DNA of 64,000 bases from a virus. The stretch is from positions 3,945 through 67,944 of IMG/VR virus record IMGVR_UViG_3300033182_000489; one strand, 5' to 3'. Within the stretch, counting starts at the first letter, position 1. Every line of letters begins with the position of its first letter. The translations under genes and the position numbers were made by a program. The notes under the pieces were generated by a model, which saw nothing but the letters and a program-made list of their open reading frames with translations, ran no database searches and was not told the DNA's origin. Of this stretch, positions 18,468 through 28,292 are shown one piece after another.

Positions 18468-18618
18468 TGCACATGCACCTGACCAACTGCCACGGCGAGT
18501 GGACCGCACTCGCCGTGATCCTCGCCCACGCCCCGCTCGTCGGGTTGTGGGTCCGTTCCCTGCTCAGGGGCGTGATCCTGCGCCCCATCCCGTACAACCC
18601 CACACAGGAGACTGACTG

Positions 18619-19359
18619 ATGCTGCTCTACCACGGAACCAGCGAGCGAGTCGCACGGCTCGCCTTGACCGAAGGACTGGTCCCCCGCTTTGAGTCGGGGG
18701 TCGAGTCCGTCTGGGAGGCCCACCCCTCCAACGAACACTGCGTCTACCTCACCTCGGCCTACGCCGGGTACTTCGCCATGAACGCCACCGAGGGCGACGA
18801 GCGGTGGGCGATCATCGAGATCGACACCGACCTCCTGCCCGACTTCGCTGGCTTGATGCCCGACGAGGACTGGCTGGAGCAGGTCACCCGCACCCAGGAA
18901 CTCCCCGAAGACTGGGGCGTCAACGGGGCCTCGATGAAGGTCCGCACGGAGTGGTTCCGCCGCAACCTCTGGCGCTTCTCCCACCTGTGGGAAGACAGCG
19001 TCAAAGGGCTGGGCAACTGCGCCTACGAGGGCGCGATCCCGCCCGAAGCCATCACCCGTGTCTCGTTCGTGGACCCGAAGGGGAACCCGAGCATGGCCCT
19101 CATGGCGTCGGACCCCTGCGTCACCCTGATGAACTACGCGCTCTGCCGAGACAAGTACCAGAGCCTGATGCGCTGGCTCATGGGTGACCCGGTTGACCCT
19201 GCTGCGTTCCTGCCCGCTGGTGGGGGCGCGATCCTGTCCGAGCGCGCCCCTCTCCCTCCCGAGTTGCAGGCGCTGGCCTCGACCTTCCATGACCAAGCAG
19301 AGCGTCTCCGCACCATCACGGCGGACCGCACTGGCGTAGAGGTGCATCATGCAAAGTAG
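18619..19359 (+). CDS. ADP-ribosyltransferase-fold protein (Tpt1/PARP-like)
   Basis: LLYHGTS..GLVP, VYLT..AGYFA, IPPEAI. Confidence 0.6.
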   Translation: MLLYHGTSERVARLALTEGLVPRFESGVESVWEAHPSNEHCVYLTSAYAGYFAMNATEGDERWAIIEIDTDLLPDFAGLMPDEDWLEQVTRTQELPEDWGVNGASMKVRTEWFRRNLWRFSHLWEDSVKGLGNCAYEGAIPPEAITRVSFVDPKGNPSMALMASDPCVTLMNYALCRDKYQSLMRWLMGDPVDPAAFLPAGGGAILSERAPLPPELQALASTFHDQAERLRTITADRTGVEVHHAK

Positions 19360-19642
19360 GTACGTCCTTCCCTTTGAGGTCGAGGGCCTCGGCCTTCCCG
19401 AAGGCTCTTTCGCGGCGTGGGGTGAGCACCTCGTCACCGTGAACGAAGCGTTCGACCCCGAAGACGGGTTCCCCGTCCCCGCCGACGAGCAGCACCGCCT
19501 CCGTCTGGAGGGGGTCGCCGAGATCGCCGAGGACGGCACCGAGCGGCGTCTGACCCAAGAGGAGGTCGTGGAGTGGCTCAAGCAGCACTCCGAGGCACTC
19601 CTGGAGCGCGTCAAGGACGACGAGGAGGCCGCCTATGGCTAA
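19349..19642 (+). CDS. Hypothetical protein
   Basis: Overlapping operon ORF. Confidence 0.65.
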   Translation: MQSRYVLPFEVEGLGLPEGSFAAWGEHLVTVNEAFDPEDGFPVPADEQHRLRLEGVAEIAEDGTERRLTQEEVVEWLKQHSEALLERVKDDEEAAYG

Positions 19643-20399
19643 ACCCCGAATGCCCGTCCCCCGCCTGACCGAAGACGAGATGCGCGAGATCGTCCTTGAC
19701 CGTCTCGCCTGCAAGGTCATGTTTTCCTGCGAGATCCCCATCGCCACCCGGAGCATGTGTCTGCTTCCGGTGGCGATGGGGGCCTTTTCGGTTCCCGGAG
19801 AAATCCGGGAGGCTGTGCTGGGATCAGCCGAGCCTCCTGACTCGCTGCCCGACGAGCCGGACAAGCCTGCCCATCCCGGCTACCCGGACCCCGTGGGTGA
19901 CCCTCCCGCGAGGCCCGTGCTGGCGAAGGTGCCTGACTCGGTCCTCAGCGACTACGACTACGGCGACATCACCGAGGACCAGATGGTCGAGATCCGTGCC
20001 GAGATCGAGGCCACGAACAAAGCCCGCATCCGTGCGTGGGACGACGCCTCCCACGCTTGGCACGAGGCACTGGACGAGGAGCGCCGGGTCCGACGCGAGA
20101 TCGACGAGGCTCACGCCGAGGCCGTCGAGGCATGGGAGGCCAGCCTCCCCCAACACGCCGAGGCCGTCGAGGCTCGTGAGGCCGCCATCAAGGACTGGGT
20201 GACCCGCCACGACGAAGCCTTCTCCGAGTGGGGGGCCGACGTCGGGGTGATCATGGGCCGCATGACGGACACGCTCCCTCGTAGCGTCAACGGCTACCCG
20301 ATGTTCCACCGCGTCACCGTGATCCACAGGGACGACTGGTCACGCATCGAAGCGGCCATCATCCGGGAGCAGAAGCGCGGCAGTCAGATCCAGGTCTGA
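19635..20399 (+). CDS. Hypothetical protein
   Basis: GAGGAGG RBS; helical centre; PRSVNGYPMF. Confidence 0.7.
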   Translation: MAKPRMPVPRLTEDEMREIVLDRLACKVMFSCEIPIATRSMCLLPVAMGAFSVPGEIREAVLGSAEPPDSLPDEPDKPAHPGYPDPVGDPPARPVLAKVPDSVLSDYDYGDITEDQMVEIRAEIEATNKARIRAWDDASHAWHEALDEERRVRREIDEAHAEAVEAWEASLPQHAEAVEAREAAIKDWVTRHDEAFSEWGADVGVIMGRMTDTLPRSVNGYPMFHRVTVIHRDDWSRIEAAIIREQKRGSQIQV

Positions 20400-20534
20400 T
20401 CAGGACGTGTAGAGCAGCAGCCCCACGAGGCCGAGGATCACACCGAAGCCCGCCCATGCGAAGACCACAGCGCACCCCCGGCTCTCGTTGTCTCCCGACA
20501 GCCCCAGGAGGAGGGCTTTCCAGAAATCTTCCAC
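20400..20534 (-). CDS. 44-aa single-TM protein after the endolysin (holin/antiholin candidate)
   Basis: Hand translation: VEDFWKALLLGLSGDNESRGCAVVFAWAGFGVILGLVGLLLYTS. Confidence 0.5.
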   Translation of the reverse strand: MEDFWKALLLGLSGDNESRGCAVVFAWAGFGVILGLVGLLLYTS

Positions 20535-20535
20535 G

Positions 20536-21399
20536 TCATCCCTGCCCGGCGATCCAATCGAGGACGCTCTGATGGTCAATGGCGAGGCGGCACATGGAGA
20601 TCTCGGTCGCGCTGGCGATGCGCTCGTCCCACGTCGTGTGGACCCGCTCCTTCCAGTTGGCCGCGTTCGTGCTGCGGATCGGCCCCAGGTTCCAGAAGCC
20701 CACGCCGTTGAGGCCCGTGCCGCTGGTGTTGCTCTCCAGGGTCAGGATCTTGCCTGTCGCCTCGTCGTAGTCGAGGATCATCCACGAGTGGCCGCTGGGC
20801 CATCCCCGGATCGTCTGGAGCAGGTAGACCCCATCCTTCGGCACCGCACCCGGAGGCATCATTTCTCCGACACCCCATTCAACACAGACCCCAGGACCGT
20901 AGCCCCGGTAGTCGTAGCCTTCGGGCTGGGTCAGCGCCCACCGTGCCCACTGGTCACCAGAGAAGGGTCCGCCGAAGCCGTTGCCGAGCAGGTAGCCCGT
21001 GAACATCACGCAGTTGGTGGCCGCTTCGCCGATGTAGCGGCTGTTCAACCGCAGCCCCGGCGGGAGTTGCGGCATCTGTGCGCCTGACAGGGCGTAGGTG
21101 GCGTTCATGGCCGGGCCGAGCAGCGGGACGAAGTCGCTCCAGTCCTTCTCACCTCCCCACGTCGTGGGGTCGTCTACCGGCTCCTCGGTGTCGGGATCAG
21201 CCTCCAGCGCAGCCCAGGTGTTCGGGCCGACGATGCCGTCCGCCGCGAGGCCCTGCTCCTTCTGGAACGCGATGACCTGAGCCTGTGTCCCGGACCCGAA
21301 GATCCCATCCACAGCACAGAGAAATCCGTGCGCGTTCAAGCCCTCCTGACAGAGGGAGACGTCGCTCCCGGTGTCCCCCTTGCGAATCGTTGCTGGCAT
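20536..21399 (-). CDS. Endolysin: peptidoglycan-binding domain + CHAP/NlpC-like Cys-His domain
   Basis: VDGIFGSGT..FQKEQGLAADGIVGPNTW; NCVMF..GHSW..TLESN. Confidence 0.8.
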   Translation of the reverse strand: MPATIRKGDTGSDVSLCQEGLNAHGFLCAVDGIFGSGTQAQVIAFQKEQGLAADGIVGPNTWAALEADPDTEEPVDDPTTWGGEKDWSDFVPLLGPAMNATYALSGAQMPQLPPGLRLNSRYIGEAATNCVMFTGYLLGNGFGGPFSGDQWARWALTQPEGYDYRGYGPGVCVEWGVGEMMPPGAVPKDGVYLLQTIRGWPSGHSWMILDYDEATGKILTLESNTSGTGLNGVGFWNLGPIRSTNAANWKERVHTTWDERIASATEISMCRLAIDHQSVLDWIAGQG

Positions 21400-21409
21400 C
21401 CTCTCCCCT

Positions 21410-21796
21410 CTACGCCGGTCTCACGGACGAGTGATGGGTTGAAGCGACCCACTTGTCCCCGACCTGCGCCACGGCGAAGGTGTACCGGGCGTGAAGGTGA
21501 GTCATGTCGTTCGCGTTGGTGCCCCAACTAAACTCGTAGTCGCCGGACAGGACACGGTGACCCGTCGTGGCGTTCTGGTTGATTTCCACATCCTCGCCGT
21601 GGACTGTCAGGTTGGGGCGCTCCAGGAGCGTGGTGAAGTAGGCTCGCAGTTGCTCCTGGCCTCGGAGGACTTCTGACCCAAAGATCGGAAGGAGCACCGC
21701 GTCCTCCTCGTACATCGCCATGATCTCGTCGAGATCACCGCTGCCGATGGCGTGGCACCAATCACTGAGGAAGTGCAGCGCGTAGGGATCAGACAT
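21410..21796 (-). CDS. NTF2/SnoaL-like (SgcJ/CaMKII-AD-like) protein
   Basis: W..AI..GD..MYEEDAVLLP..ARYTF..W..HHSS. Confidence 0.8.
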   Translation of the reverse strand: MSDPYALHFLSDWCHAIGSGDLDEIMAMYEEDAVLLPIFGSEVLRGQEQLRAYFTTLLERPNLTVHGEDVEINQNATTGHRVLSGDYEFSWGTNANDMTHLHARYTFAVAQVGDKWVASTHHSSVRPA

Positions 21797-21899
21797 TAGG
21801 GGGCCTCCGGTACAGTTGCTTTGATGCGCCACGGCGATCTCCCACCGCTCGACGCAGCGCGAGTTTTTGTGGCGTGAACCGCTCGACCAGAAATGCCGT

Positions 21900-21913
21900 A
21901 TAGAGCAACTAAT
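21900..21913 (-). promoter_or_regulatory. Class B motif variant
   Basis: ATTAG TTGCT CTAT. Confidence 0.4.
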
Positions 21914-22031
21914 GGCTCGTCACGTCAAGACTTGATAGTGGGGGGTTAGGCTTCACTCTGTGTCGGTATTGTGGGATAACGGACCACCCTGAGTGATTTT
22001 GCCCCACCCTTTGACATCGCTGGAGTCGCCA

Positions 22032-22940
22032 ATGCTGAGAACGAACGGAACCTACTACGCCCGCACGGAACACGGGGGACACCCAGTGGTGGCTGATCCC
22101 AACGGATTTCTGGTGAAGTGGCCGAGTGGTTCCGTTCGCTACCCGAGTGCCCGGAAGACCATCATCGCACTGGTGAACCGAGCCCCTCAGCCAGGCCCCC
22201 AGCACCGTGACCCGAAGATCACGTTCGACAGGTACTTTCGCCGAGGCTCCTTCCAGCGCCCCGAGCCTGCGGTGACCCTCGACACGCTGACCATGTTTAG
22301 CCCCGAGTTGACGGTCGAGGTGGCGGTCCCGAAGATCAAGACCAGCACCGCCATCACCATCGCGACCCCTCGCGGCATCGACCTGGACCGGAGAGGACAC
22401 GAGGTCCGCAAGTTGTTCTACGCAGGCTACGGACGGCGTGTCATCAAGTACGGATACGACCCAGAGGACGTGCTCCAGGAGGTCTACAAAGGGCTGCTGG
22501 TGAGGAATCAGGGCAAGTGCCCCTTCGACCCCAGCAAGTCGTCCTTCGGTCACTACGTCCACATGGTCTGTGGGTGCATCGTGAGCAACTACCGGCGTCG
22601 GTACTCCCGCCTCAGCCGCAACGAGCAGTTCGGGGTGATGACCGTCGAAGGCGTCGTCGAGGATGTGTCCTGCGCCGACCTGGCCATCGAGGACGCGGAG
22701 CAGGAGGATCACGCAGAAATGACCTCTGCCGTGGATCGCCTCACCGCCCTGGTCCGACACGAAGCGTGGGTCCGTGATGCTGACCCCACCGTCGCCGAGC
22801 AGGTGGCTCGCCTGATGGTGCAGGGCTACCGCAAGTCGGAGATCGCCCAGCGCATCGGAGAGACCCCGGCACTGGTGGCCTGGATGCTCCGCATGATCCG
22901 CGAAGTCGCCGCCGCATGGCGAGCGAAAGCGTCCTTCTGA
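22032..22940 (+). CDS. Phage RNA polymerase sigma factor (sigma70 regions 2 and 4) with N-terminal extension
   Basis: DPEDVLQEVYKGL..FDPSKSSFGHYV..NYRRR and HTH QGYRKSEIAQRIG. Confidence 0.8.
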   Translation: MLRTNGTYYARTEHGGHPVVADPNGFLVKWPSGSVRYPSARKTIIALVNRAPQPGPQHRDPKITFDRYFRRGSFQRPEPAVTLDTLTMFSPELTVEVAVPKIKTSTAITIATPRGIDLDRRGHEVRKLFYAGYGRRVIKYGYDPEDVLQEVYKGLLVRNQGKCPFDPSKSSFGHYVHMVCGCIVSNYRRRYSRLSRNEQFGVMTVEGVVEDVSCADLAIEDAEQEDHAEMTSAVDRLTALVRHEAWVRDADPTVAEQVARLMVQGYRKSEIAQRIGETPALVAWMLRMIREVAAAWRAKASF

Positions 22941-22947
22941 GGTGGGC

Positions 22948-23169
22948 ATGGCCACCTCCAACTGTCTCGTCTGTGGACGTCCCTACGCCTACTACGACGG
23001 CAACCCCTCCCACTTCTGCTCCGTGGCCTGTGCGTTGGACGCGGGGCCCGTCAAGGACACGCTCGTCCGATTGAGAGACGAACGGACCCGTGCGGCAAAG
23101 GTTGCCCGAGCCGTCGTGGACGTCGAGAGCGCGGTGCCCCAGCCTTCGACGGAGAAGAAGGATCAGTAG
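22948..23169 (+). CDS. Small Zn-finger protein
   Basis: CLVC..FCSVAC. Confidence 0.6.
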   Translation: MATSNCLVCGRPYAYYDGNPSHFCSVACALDAGPVKDTLVRLRDERTRAAKVARAVVDVESAVPQPSTEKKDQ

Positions 23170-23178
23170 AGTGGCTAT
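23165..23178 (+). promoter_or_regulatory. Class B motif variant
   Basis: AGTAG AGTGG CTAT. Confidence 0.55.
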
Positions 23179-23202
23179 GAACCCACCATCACAGGAGGGA
23201 AC

Positions 23203-23679
23203 ATGACCCCAGACCCCAAACGTATCGCCCGCCGCCACGTCAACGCCGCCTTTGACATCGCCACCTACATCGAGGAGGAGAAGGAGAAGGCGCTCAAGAG
23301 CATTGACGGGAAGATCCGGCGTCATCTGGCGAAGGTCATCACGGACACCTTCAAGGCTCAGTTCCCCCTCTGGGAAATGTTCGACCTGGATTTTGATGTC
23401 TATGAGGAGTCCTATGAGCGCGACAGGCTGGCCATCACCGCCTCAGTGCGGCTGAAAGATGACGCCTTTGTCCGCCGCTACTTCAAGGCGGATCGGGACG
23501 AAGGGGACTACGCTGACTTCATGTATGTGTGGGGTTGGCACAAGGAGATGAAGCGCATGGGGGAGTGGCTCCAGAGCATCGGGTACTCAGACATCAGCGA
23601 CATCGACTACCGCCACCTCTTGGACCCCGATGACGGGACGATCCGCATCAACATCGGGCGCTACCCGTGGCTCCAGTGA
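23203..23679 (+). CDS. Hypothetical protein (possible internal head protein)
   Basis: AGGAGG RBS; MTPDPKRIARRH. Confidence 0.7.
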   Translation: MTPDPKRIARRHVNAAFDIATYIEEEKEKALKSIDGKIRRHLAKVITDTFKAQFPLWEMFDLDFDVYEESYERDRLAITASVRLKDDAFVRRYFKADRDEGDYADFMYVWGWHKEMKRMGEWLQSIGYSDISDIDYRHLLDPDDGTIRINIGRYPWLQ

Positions 23680-23702
23680 CGCATGGCGAGTGAGTACTGG
23701 GT

Positions 23703-24740
23703 CTACGTCTTGGGGGGCCTCCAGCCCACAGGATCAGCCACCCACGGGTGATTGACCCCCTCACCACGACACAGGGGTGAGTCCTCTGGCGTCCAGTGGC
23801 ACCGCGCCTTCCCGCGCTTCGACCGCTTGAGTTTGTACTCGGCCTTGAGGGCTTCGGAGCGACTGTAGTACGGGCCGTAGCAGGCTCGGGCGACCCACGG
23901 ACGGTGCTTGGAAGTCCACTTTCCTCCTCCCTTCTTGCCCATCTTGCCGTTCGCGTAGCGCCCGTTGTGCTCGCGGAGCCGTCGTGCGGGGCAAGTGGTC
24001 ATCCCGACATAGTAGTAGCCGGGGAGGACTCGACCCGTCTTTTTGGACACCCGCTTCTGCTCTGACTGGATCACATAGACGTAGAACGGCTTGACCCACT
24101 TCTCTTTCGTCTTTGTGTTGAGGTTCTTCGGGTCGTCCATGTTCTCCTCGATGATCCTGTACTCCGCAGCGACCGCTTCGGCTTCCGTGTCACACTCCAC
24201 CAGTACCCGCCATGTGGCGGTGCTCCAGTCCTGACCGTTGAGGGCCTTCACATGCGTCCCATGCCGTGCGGCGTGACGGTGCTGGTGGAACCGCCGCTTC
24301 GGGTTGTTCGACTTGCCGATGTAGTAGCAGCCGTCCGCGAAGTCGATGCGGTACACCTGTGGACGCTTCTCGGCCTCCCTTCTGGCTCTCTTGGCGTCCT
24401 TCCCACGCTCGACGGTGGCACGAACCCGGTCAGGGTGTTTGCGCCTGTACTCCCTCTGGTGCTCCCTCATGTAGTCGCGCCGCTTGACGCGAATCCGCTC
24501 TTTGTTCGCTTCCCTGTACGCCCGACCATAGGCAGCCGTCCGAGCCTTATTCGCTTCCCTGTAGGCTTTCAGACAAGCCTTGCAGTAGACCTGCAAGCCA
24601 TCAGAAGTTGTGCGGTTGCGGTTGTACTCGGAGAGGGGTTTGTCCTCGCCGCACTTGCGACAGGTCTTCGTCGTCGGGGCAGCGGGTTCGTACTCGACCC
24701 CGAACAGATCGAACACATCAAGGGTATGGTCATCCAGCAT
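23703..24740 (-). CDS. Zn-finger + tandem GIY-YIG endonuclease
   Basis: KTCRKC..YCKAC; VYRI..YYIGKS..RRFHQH; YVYVIQS..YVGMT..RRLREHNG..WTSKHRPW..ALKAE (Slx1/UPF0213-like). Confidence 0.88.
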   Translation of the reverse strand: MLDDHTLDVFDLFGVEYEPAAPTTKTCRKCGEDKPLSEYNRNRTTSDGLQVYCKACLKAYREANKARTAAYGRAYREANKERIRVKRRDYMREHQREYRRKHPDRVRATVERGKDAKRARREAEKRPQVYRIDFADGCYYIGKSNNPKRRFHQHRHAARHGTHVKALNGQDWSTATWRVLVECDTEAEAVAAEYRIIEENMDDPKNLNTKTKEKWVKPFYVYVIQSEQKRVSKKTGRVLPGYYYVGMTTCPARRLREHNGRYANGKMGKKGGGKWTSKHRPWVARACYGPYYSRSEALKAEYKLKRSKRGKARCHWTPEDSPLCRGEGVNHPWVADPVGWRPPKT

Positions 24741-24832
24741 CGCTTACCTCTGCTACAGGTAGTGGTGTCAGAGACGGCGGGGTGTTGGCGCACCTCGTCG
24801 TCTCGCCCTACCGGACGCATAGGCTGGCTACC
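24720..24832 (-). repeat. Endonuclease-associated leader element, copy 2 (includes class B motif 24819-24832)
   Basis: Co-linear with 10027-10135. Confidence 0.75.
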
Positions 24833-27800
24833 GATCCTCGTCGTAGGTGAACGTGAAGTTGCCTTCGGTGCAGTACCCCGCGTCACTCGGCTCGATGTTC
24901 TTCGCCCCAGCGTCCTGGCCCACCACATAGGTGACGGCGTACTCGTGCTCTGTGGGGGCGTCACCTGTCTCCAGCGAGACCAGCACCCGGTTCGCGGTCA
25001 GCGCCTTCCGCCGTGCGACGATGGCCCTCTCGGTGACGTACCCATCGGCCTCCAGAGTGGCGTCATCCGAGTAGCCCATGATCTGCGCCCCCTCGGAACC
25101 GATGATGAAGGCGTAGTTGGGGGCGATGCCCAGCGACTGCATCGTCTCCCCTGCGTCCAGCAGGTTCATCGCCACGTCGTCCTGGAACACCGCCCGGAAG
25201 TCGCCTTCCTTACCTCCACCGTCGATGGTGGCGGCGGACAGGGACTCGGTGAGGATGTAGACCGTCGCGAAGTTGGTAGTGAGGCTGCTGATCAGCGCGC
25301 TCTCGGTCACCGTGTCGGTCGAGAGCGCCTCTCGGACCACGGTGGAACCCTCCTGTCGGACCAACAGGGTCAACGGAACCACGACGTAGGAGACGCCCTC
25401 GGTCTGCTCAATGAGGTCGATGACGTCCGACTGCCGCACGGGATCACCGAGCCGCAGGTTGTTGAAGTAGTTGGTCAGGTTGGTTCGCAGGGCCGCGTCC
25501 ACGGTGCCCGGCTCTCGGCCCTGGATGGTGACCACGGTTGCCTCGATGTCCAGCGGGACCGGAACCGCGTCCTTCGCGACCACGTCCGCCGTAGCGTGCT
25601 TGGTCGCGTTCAAGGCGTCCTGAGTGATGGAGACGATCAGGTTCGTCTCGTAGGTGACGGTGAAGTTCTCGTCGTGCTCGTAGGAGATCAGCACGGTGGC
25701 TCCGTTCGGGATCGTGCTCGCGTCTGTGCGGGTGATGCTCACGGCAGTCGTCTGCGAGCCGACGCTGATCTGGTAGTCGGGAGCGCCGCCGGGGTCGTTC
25801 GGACCAGCGTAGGTGATCAACCCGTCCGCGCTCTTGACCACGATGGTCAGGTAGTTGGCACCCAGGTTGTCGAGAAACTCGGGGTACTGCCCGACCATGA
25901 CGTGGCTCTCGTCCGTGACGGTGATGCTCAAGCCTTGCGGGAACGGGAGGTCGCCGACGGTCACGCCGTCGATCTGGAGGTAGTCACCCGCCAGAGTGGA
26001 GCGGCCATAGGCCAACGGAGCGTCCGGGTGGACCAGGTAGTAGGCTTCCTCCGGGAGCACACCCGAGGACGTGCCCGTCACCGAGGTGATGGACGACACC
26101 GGCTGGCGCAGGAAGACGAACTTGTTGCCCGTCCGGCGACGGTATGACCCCAGCACCACGTCGGTGAGGTCCACCGAAGGCTGGGGGACCGCCGTGCTCA
26201 GTCGAATCGTGTCGTAGGACGTGACCGTGACTCCGGTGAGATCGAAGACCTCCCCGGTGCTGGCGTTGCGGAACTCGTAGCCGATGTTCGGGTCGTCGAG
26301 CATTTCTACGATGGGGTCCGCCGCCGAGAGGCTGGTGTCCAGTGCCCGGAAGGTGAGTTCCTCGACGTTGAGCACCTGGAACTGGATGTCCTGGCCGATC
26401 TCAAACGTGAAGGCGAAGTTGTCGGTGACCGAGGCGGTGTTGGTGCCCTGCACCCAGACATCGACCTTGCCGCCCTTGTGCTCACCCTCTGCGTTGAGGT
26501 CACGCTGCATCAGCGGGTCGCCTGCGGCTACGACGTTGGCCTTGACCACACCCGGCACGTCGGCAGCGGTCTGGAGGTAGCCTCGTGCGGTGCCGGAGTC
26601 CACGGAAGCGAGTCGGTTCTGGACCCGCGCAGTCAGTGCGAGGTTCGACTCGCCGTCCTGACCCCCGACCATCGCCGCCAGGTTGGTCACGCTCAGGGAG
26701 ACGCCCAGACTGGAGGTCACGGCGGTCACCTGACCCGCTCCGACGTTGGTCCGGCTGCCCGTGCTGGTGGCCTGGACCGGGACCGTGATCTGGTAGTAGC
26801 CGTTGGTCGGGTTGTAGAAGGACGCGGTCTGCGAGGCCGAGATCACCGCCGCACGAGTAGTCGCAAAGCCCGTGGCCCCGCCCTGTACGACCGTGCCCAG
26901 CGGAATGACCAGTGATCCCGATGGCTTTGAAGGGGTGTAAAACAACACCTCGCCTCGGGACGCGGTGCCCGACCTGCGGGTGAGGCCGAAGTTGCTGGCG
27001 TAGGCTTCAAAGGCCGAGTCGATCAGATCCTGCACCGCCTGTGCGTTCTCCAGGTACAGCGCGGCCTGGAGGGCTCGCTTGTAGGAGGACTGAGCCACCG
27101 GAACGCTGGTCCCGGAGCCTGTGGGATCATCGACCTGGAGCAGCAGAGCCGGGGTCCGGGCGCGCTGGTAGAAATCCAGCAGGAACCGGAGCCGCTCGCT
27201 CTCGGAGGAGTAAGGGTCGATGACCGTGTCCCGGAGCACGGAACCCGCCTCGACCTTGATCTGCGGGTTGGACCGGAAGATGGCCTGGACGAACTGGGTG
27301 ACGATGTTCTGCCGGGTCACCGTCGGGATGGACCCCAGAGCCGTCGTGACCTGCATGGGGCGTCCCACCACCTCGGGGGAGTTGGCGGACTCGTACTCGG
27401 TGTTGGTGGCGCTGTCGTAGAAGACCGCCGTGACGACGTAGTAGAGGGGCACGTCCGCCGGGAGGTTGGCGAAGGACGACACCCGAGTCGTCGGCGGGGT
27501 CGAAGCGGGTCCAGCGGTTCGTGAGTGGCTGAAACTGTAGAGGGTGGTGTCCCGCACCTGCTCCAACGTCATGTTCAACCGGATGGTTCGGGCCGTCTCA
27601 GGCACCTCGTACCGCTCGTCGTAGTCCTGGATCAGGACCGTCTCGCTCTCGTCTTCCTGTTGGCCCAGCACCCGGTAGTACAGCGGGTCCGCCACAGGTG
27701 TGCCGTCGGCGTCTACCTGCACAGGGACATCCACCTGCTGCTGGGCGAACTGCTCGACCTCCTGGACGGGAGTGCCGTCGTCGATCACGTTCACGTTGAT

Positions 27801-28283
27801 GCGGGTGTAGCCCGTGATCCCACCGCCTGCGTTGGCCGAGGCGTAGAAGTTCATGCCCTGGAACTGGGACGCCGTGGGGGCCTCGGCCCTGATCTCGACA
27901 GCGTTGTTGAGTTGGTCGATGGAGATGTTGGTGGGCGCTTCCACGGTCACGGTGACATCGACGTCCGTGGTGAGGCGGACCGTTGCGGTCGCCGTCCCGG
28001 TCACGGACCCGTTGCCCAGCACCGCCTTGATCTCGACGGTGTTCGACCCCTCCAGAAGCACCAGGCCGTCCGGCTCGTACAGCGGGTTGGGGAGCGTCCA
28101 CCTCCCGTCGCCCCACTCGACCAGTGCATCGTCGGACGCGAAGCCCGACCCGTTGATGGACACCAGCACCTCAACGGCTTCCTCTGGAAGGGTGCCGCCG
28201 AAGAATCGTGTCTGGAGGGTCGTGCTGAATGCCACCGTCTGGGAGAGGGTGCCATCAGGACTGTAGATCAGTGTCTCTGCCAT
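24828..28283 (-). CDS. Baseplate J-like/wedge protein
   Basis: GSVLRD..ASNFGLTRR..ASRGEVLF..IPLGTVV..GSRTNVGAG..GGQDGES..GGKVDVWV. Confidence 0.88.
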   Translation of the reverse strand: MAETLIYSPDGTLSQTVAFSTTLQTRFFGGTLPEEAVEVLVSINGSGFASDDALVEWGDGRWTLPNPLYEPDGLVLLEGSNTVEIKAVLGNGSVTGTATATVRLTTDVDVTVTVEAPTNISIDQLNNAVEIRAEAPTASQFQGMNFYASANAGGGITGYTRINVNVIDDGTPVQEVEQFAQQQVDVPVQVDADGTPVADPLYYRVLGQQEDESETVLIQDYDERYEVPETARTIRLNMTLEQVRDTTLYSFSHSRTAGPASTPPTTRVSSFANLPADVPLYYVVTAVFYDSATNTEYESANSPEVVGRPMQVTTALGSIPTVTRQNIVTQFVQAIFRSNPQIKVEAGSVLRDTVIDPYSSESERLRFLLDFYQRARTPALLLQVDDPTGSGTSVPVAQSSYKRALQAALYLENAQAVQDLIDSAFEAYASNFGLTRRSGTASRGEVLFYTPSKPSGSLVIPLGTVVQGGATGFATTRAAVISASQTASFYNPTNGYYQITVPVQATSTGSRTNVGAGQVTAVTSSLGVSLSVTNLAAMVGGQDGESNLALTARVQNRLASVDSGTARGYLQTAADVPGVVKANVVAAGDPLMQRDLNAEGEHKGGKVDVWVQGTNTASVTDNFAFTFEIGQDIQFQVLNVEELTFRALDTSLSAADPIVEMLDDPNIGYEFRNASTGEVFDLTGVTVTSYDTIRLSTAVPQPSVDLTDVVLGSYRRRTGNKFVFLRQPVSSITSVTGTSSGVLPEEAYYLVHPDAPLAYGRSTLAGDYLQIDGVTVGDLPFPQGLSITVTDESHVMVGQYPEFLDNLGANYLTIVVKSADGLITYAGPNDPGGAPDYQISVGSQTTAVSITRTDASTIPNGATVLISYEHDENFTVTYETNLIVSITQDALNATKHATADVVAKDAVPVPLDIEATVVTIQGREPGTVDAALRTNLTNYFNNLRLGDPVRQSDVIDLIEQTEGVSYVVVPLTLLVRQEGSTVVREALSTDTVTESALISSLTTNFATVYILTESLSAATIDGGGKEGDFRAVFQDDVAMNLLDAGETMQSLGIAPNYAFIIGSEGAQIMGYSDDATLEADGYVTERAIVARRKALTANRVLVSLETGDAPTEHEYAVTYVVGQDAGAKNIEPSDAGYCTEGNFTFTYDEDR

Positions 28284-28292
28284 GCCTTACCT

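Noticed and set aside
21800-21890. Weak stems and a GTCGAGCGGT direct repeat upstream of the NTF2-like gene
   Set aside because: Single occurrence with pairing no better than expected at this GC content
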